From: a bacterium
GTDB lineage: Bacteria > Hinthialibacterota > Hinthialibacteria > Hinthialibacterales > Hinthialibacteraceae
DNA length: 64,000 nucleotides
Reading direction: 5' to 3'
Assembly: GCA_963663405.2 (NCBI GenBank)
Contig: CAXXSM010000149.1
Coordinates: 128,936 to 192,935, forward strand
Shown here: positions 62,384 to 64,000 of the stretch, in pieces
Layout: the number at the start of each line of letters is the position of its first letter
How positions within the stretch are numbered: the stretch's first letter is position 1
Made by a program: the position numbers and the translations under genes
Notes under the pieces: generated by a model
Told to the model about the DNA's origin: nothing
Seen by the model: the letters and a program-made list of their open reading frames with translations, nothing else
Databases searched by the model: none

Positions 62384-64000
62384 ATGGTCTCAACTCAATT
62401 CCAACGTATTTCATATCACTCGTCACTTATTACGATCTTTCAAGATATCCGGTTCGGATTCCGTATGTTGAAGAAGAGTCCTGTTTTTACAATCATTGCT
62501 GTACTCACGCTGGCGTTGGGGATTGGGATCAACACAACGATCTTCAGTTTTCTCAACGGGATTCTACTGCGCTCGCTGCCGGTTCCGAATCCGCATGAGT
62601 TACGTGTCGTCAATTGGACGGGACTCAACGCCCGAATGGATTACTATACAGGAAACGCAATGGGTCACACATCAGCGGGACAAAGTTACTCCGGATCTTT
62701 TCCACATTCCGCGTATCGTTTGTTCCGCGATAAAGGCGAGGGATTTTCGGATGTATTCGCCTTTTTCCCACTTACCAGTGTTACAACCCATGCGCGGGGG
62801 ATGGCTTGGACGGTGGATGGATTGATGGTCTCCGAGAATTTCTTTTCCGGCTATGGAGAGAGAATGGCGCTGGGGCGCACATTCGTCCCTGGCGACGACC
62901 GGATTGGGGCCGAACCGACGGCTGTGATTACCTACCGACTTTGGGAACGTGGTTTTGACCTCGATCCTCACGCGCTGGGACAGGTGATTACGCTGAATAA
63001 GAAACCATTTACCGTTATCGGGGTGTTATCGAAGGATTTTGCCGGCCCTCAAATCGGCGATCTAGCGGATTTCTATATTCCCTTATCGGCGCAGCCTCAG
63101 ATGGTTCCGGACTACCCACTGGAATCCTCCAAACATTGGTGGCTTCAGATTATGGGTCGGCTCACTCCCGGCGCCAATGAAGAGCGCGCGCAAGCTTCTC
63201 TCGCGGTTCTTTTTCAGCAAGTTCTAGCGGACTCTACATCAACAATAGATCAACCGGGCATTTGGTTGGAAGATGGCAGCCGGGGACCGCTCCAGCTCCG
63301 CAAACGAGTCTCCCAACCGTTTTGGATACTCCTTGCGTTGGTTGGATTTGTGCTGGTAATCGCATGCGCGAATCTTGCCTGTTTATTTTTGGTTCGAGGC
63401 GCGGCCAGGCGGCATGAGATGGCGATTCGAACCGCGATCGGCGCCGGACGCTGGCGATTGATCCGTCAATCGTTGATTGAAAGTCTATTGTTGTCGATCG
63501 CCGGGGCCGGTCTGGGTCTGCTCTTTGCGCTGTGGCTCAAGGATTTCCTGCTTGGATTTCTTATCCCAATCAAAGAGAATCTTCACTTTGATATCAAATT
63601 GGACACAAACGTTTTGCTATTTACATTGGGATTAACAGTAATCACCACTGTATTTTCCGGTCTACTTCCCGCGTTCCGCGCCGCGTGGATCGATCCAGCG
63701 GAAGGGCTCAAAGACCGGGCGGCAGTAGGCGTTCCCCGGCTTCGTCTTGGAAAATTTCTGGTTTCCATTCAAGCCGGCTTATCCGTGCTGTTGGTCGTAG
63801 GAGCCGGATTGCTGATTCAAACATTCGTGAATCTAAAAACGCTCGATCCAGGTTTTGACGCGGACAATGTTCTTCTGTTTCATTTGAACGCCGCCCAGGC
63901 GGGATATACGGATAGACAACTGGTGGATTTCTATGAACAGACGCAAGAATCATTGATGGCGATTCCTGGGATCGAATCAGTTGCTTTTCCGACTTGTCAT
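62384..64000 (+). CDS. Second ADOP-type ABC permease (partial, runs off the window)
   Basis: Not in the ORF track; hand translation QDIRFGFRMLKKSPVFT..LALGIGIN..IACANLA..EMAIRTAIGAGRWRL; GGAG RBS. Confidence 0.88.
   Translation, partial: MVSTQFQRISYHSSLITIFQDIRFGFRMLKKSPVFTIIAVLTLALGIGINTTIFSFLNGILLRSLPVPNPHELRVVNWTGLNARMDYYTGNAMGHTSAGQSYSGSFPHSAYRLFRDKGEGFSDVFAFFPLTSVTTHARGMAWTVDGLMVSENFFSGYGERMALGRTFVPGDDRIGAEPTAVITYRLWERGFDLDPHALGQVITLNKKPFTVIGVLSKDFAGPQIGDLADFYIPLSAQPQMVPDYPLESSKHWWLQIMGRLTPGANEERAQASLAVLFQQVLADSTSTIDQPGIWLEDGSRGPLQLRKRVSQPFWILLALVGFVLVIACANLACLFLVRGAARRHEMAIRTAIGAGRWRLIRQSLIESLLLSIAGAGLGLLFALWLKDFLLGFLIPIKENLHFDIKLDTNVLLFTLGLTVITTVFSGLLPAFRAAWIDPAEGLKDRAAVGVPRLRLGKFLVSIQAGLSVLLVVGAGLLIQTFVNLKTLDPGFDADNVLLFHLNAAQAGYTDRQLVDFYEQTQESLMAIPGIESVAFPTCH

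Overview
Bacterial chromosomal window. Core genes are roughly 50% GC by eye, with AT-rich intergenic and accessory patches. The pilin-like gene type and the C-terminal Trp tails on secreted proteins suggest a Hinthialibacterota/Sumerlaeota-like lineage (inference). Housekeeping and metabolic genes: hflX, gltBD, secA, a SMUG1-type UDG, a dgoD-like dehydratase, a pbfA-like PLP enzyme and tRNA-Leu(TAG). Many secreted carbohydrate-acting proteins are present: BNR propellers, tandem esterase, GH2, clan GH-A hydrolase and DUF1080. There is also an HzsA-like plus propeller-diheme gene pair, and a sigma54 two-component system with its MFP/ABC/permease target operon. After the tRNA sits a small island with a frameshift-split tyrosine recombinase plus IS91-like Y2 transposase inside 13-bp inverted repeats, and an IS3. 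Best candidates for novelty: (1) an AT-rich ParA-ATPase + HEPN-RNase operon wedged into the TCS/ABC cluster; (2) a 10-copy covarying REP-like hairpin family, with one inverted pair bracketing an AT-rich orphan ORF and one pair tied to a synonymously diverged duplicate of a gene 3' end; (3) the integrase/Y2 element; (4) an hzsA/hzsBC-like operon; (5) a ~0.5-kb hairpin-rich non-coding region; (6) a shared C-terminal sorting-like motif. No CRISPR array or rRNA was seen. All family calls come from motif recognition, not database searches.
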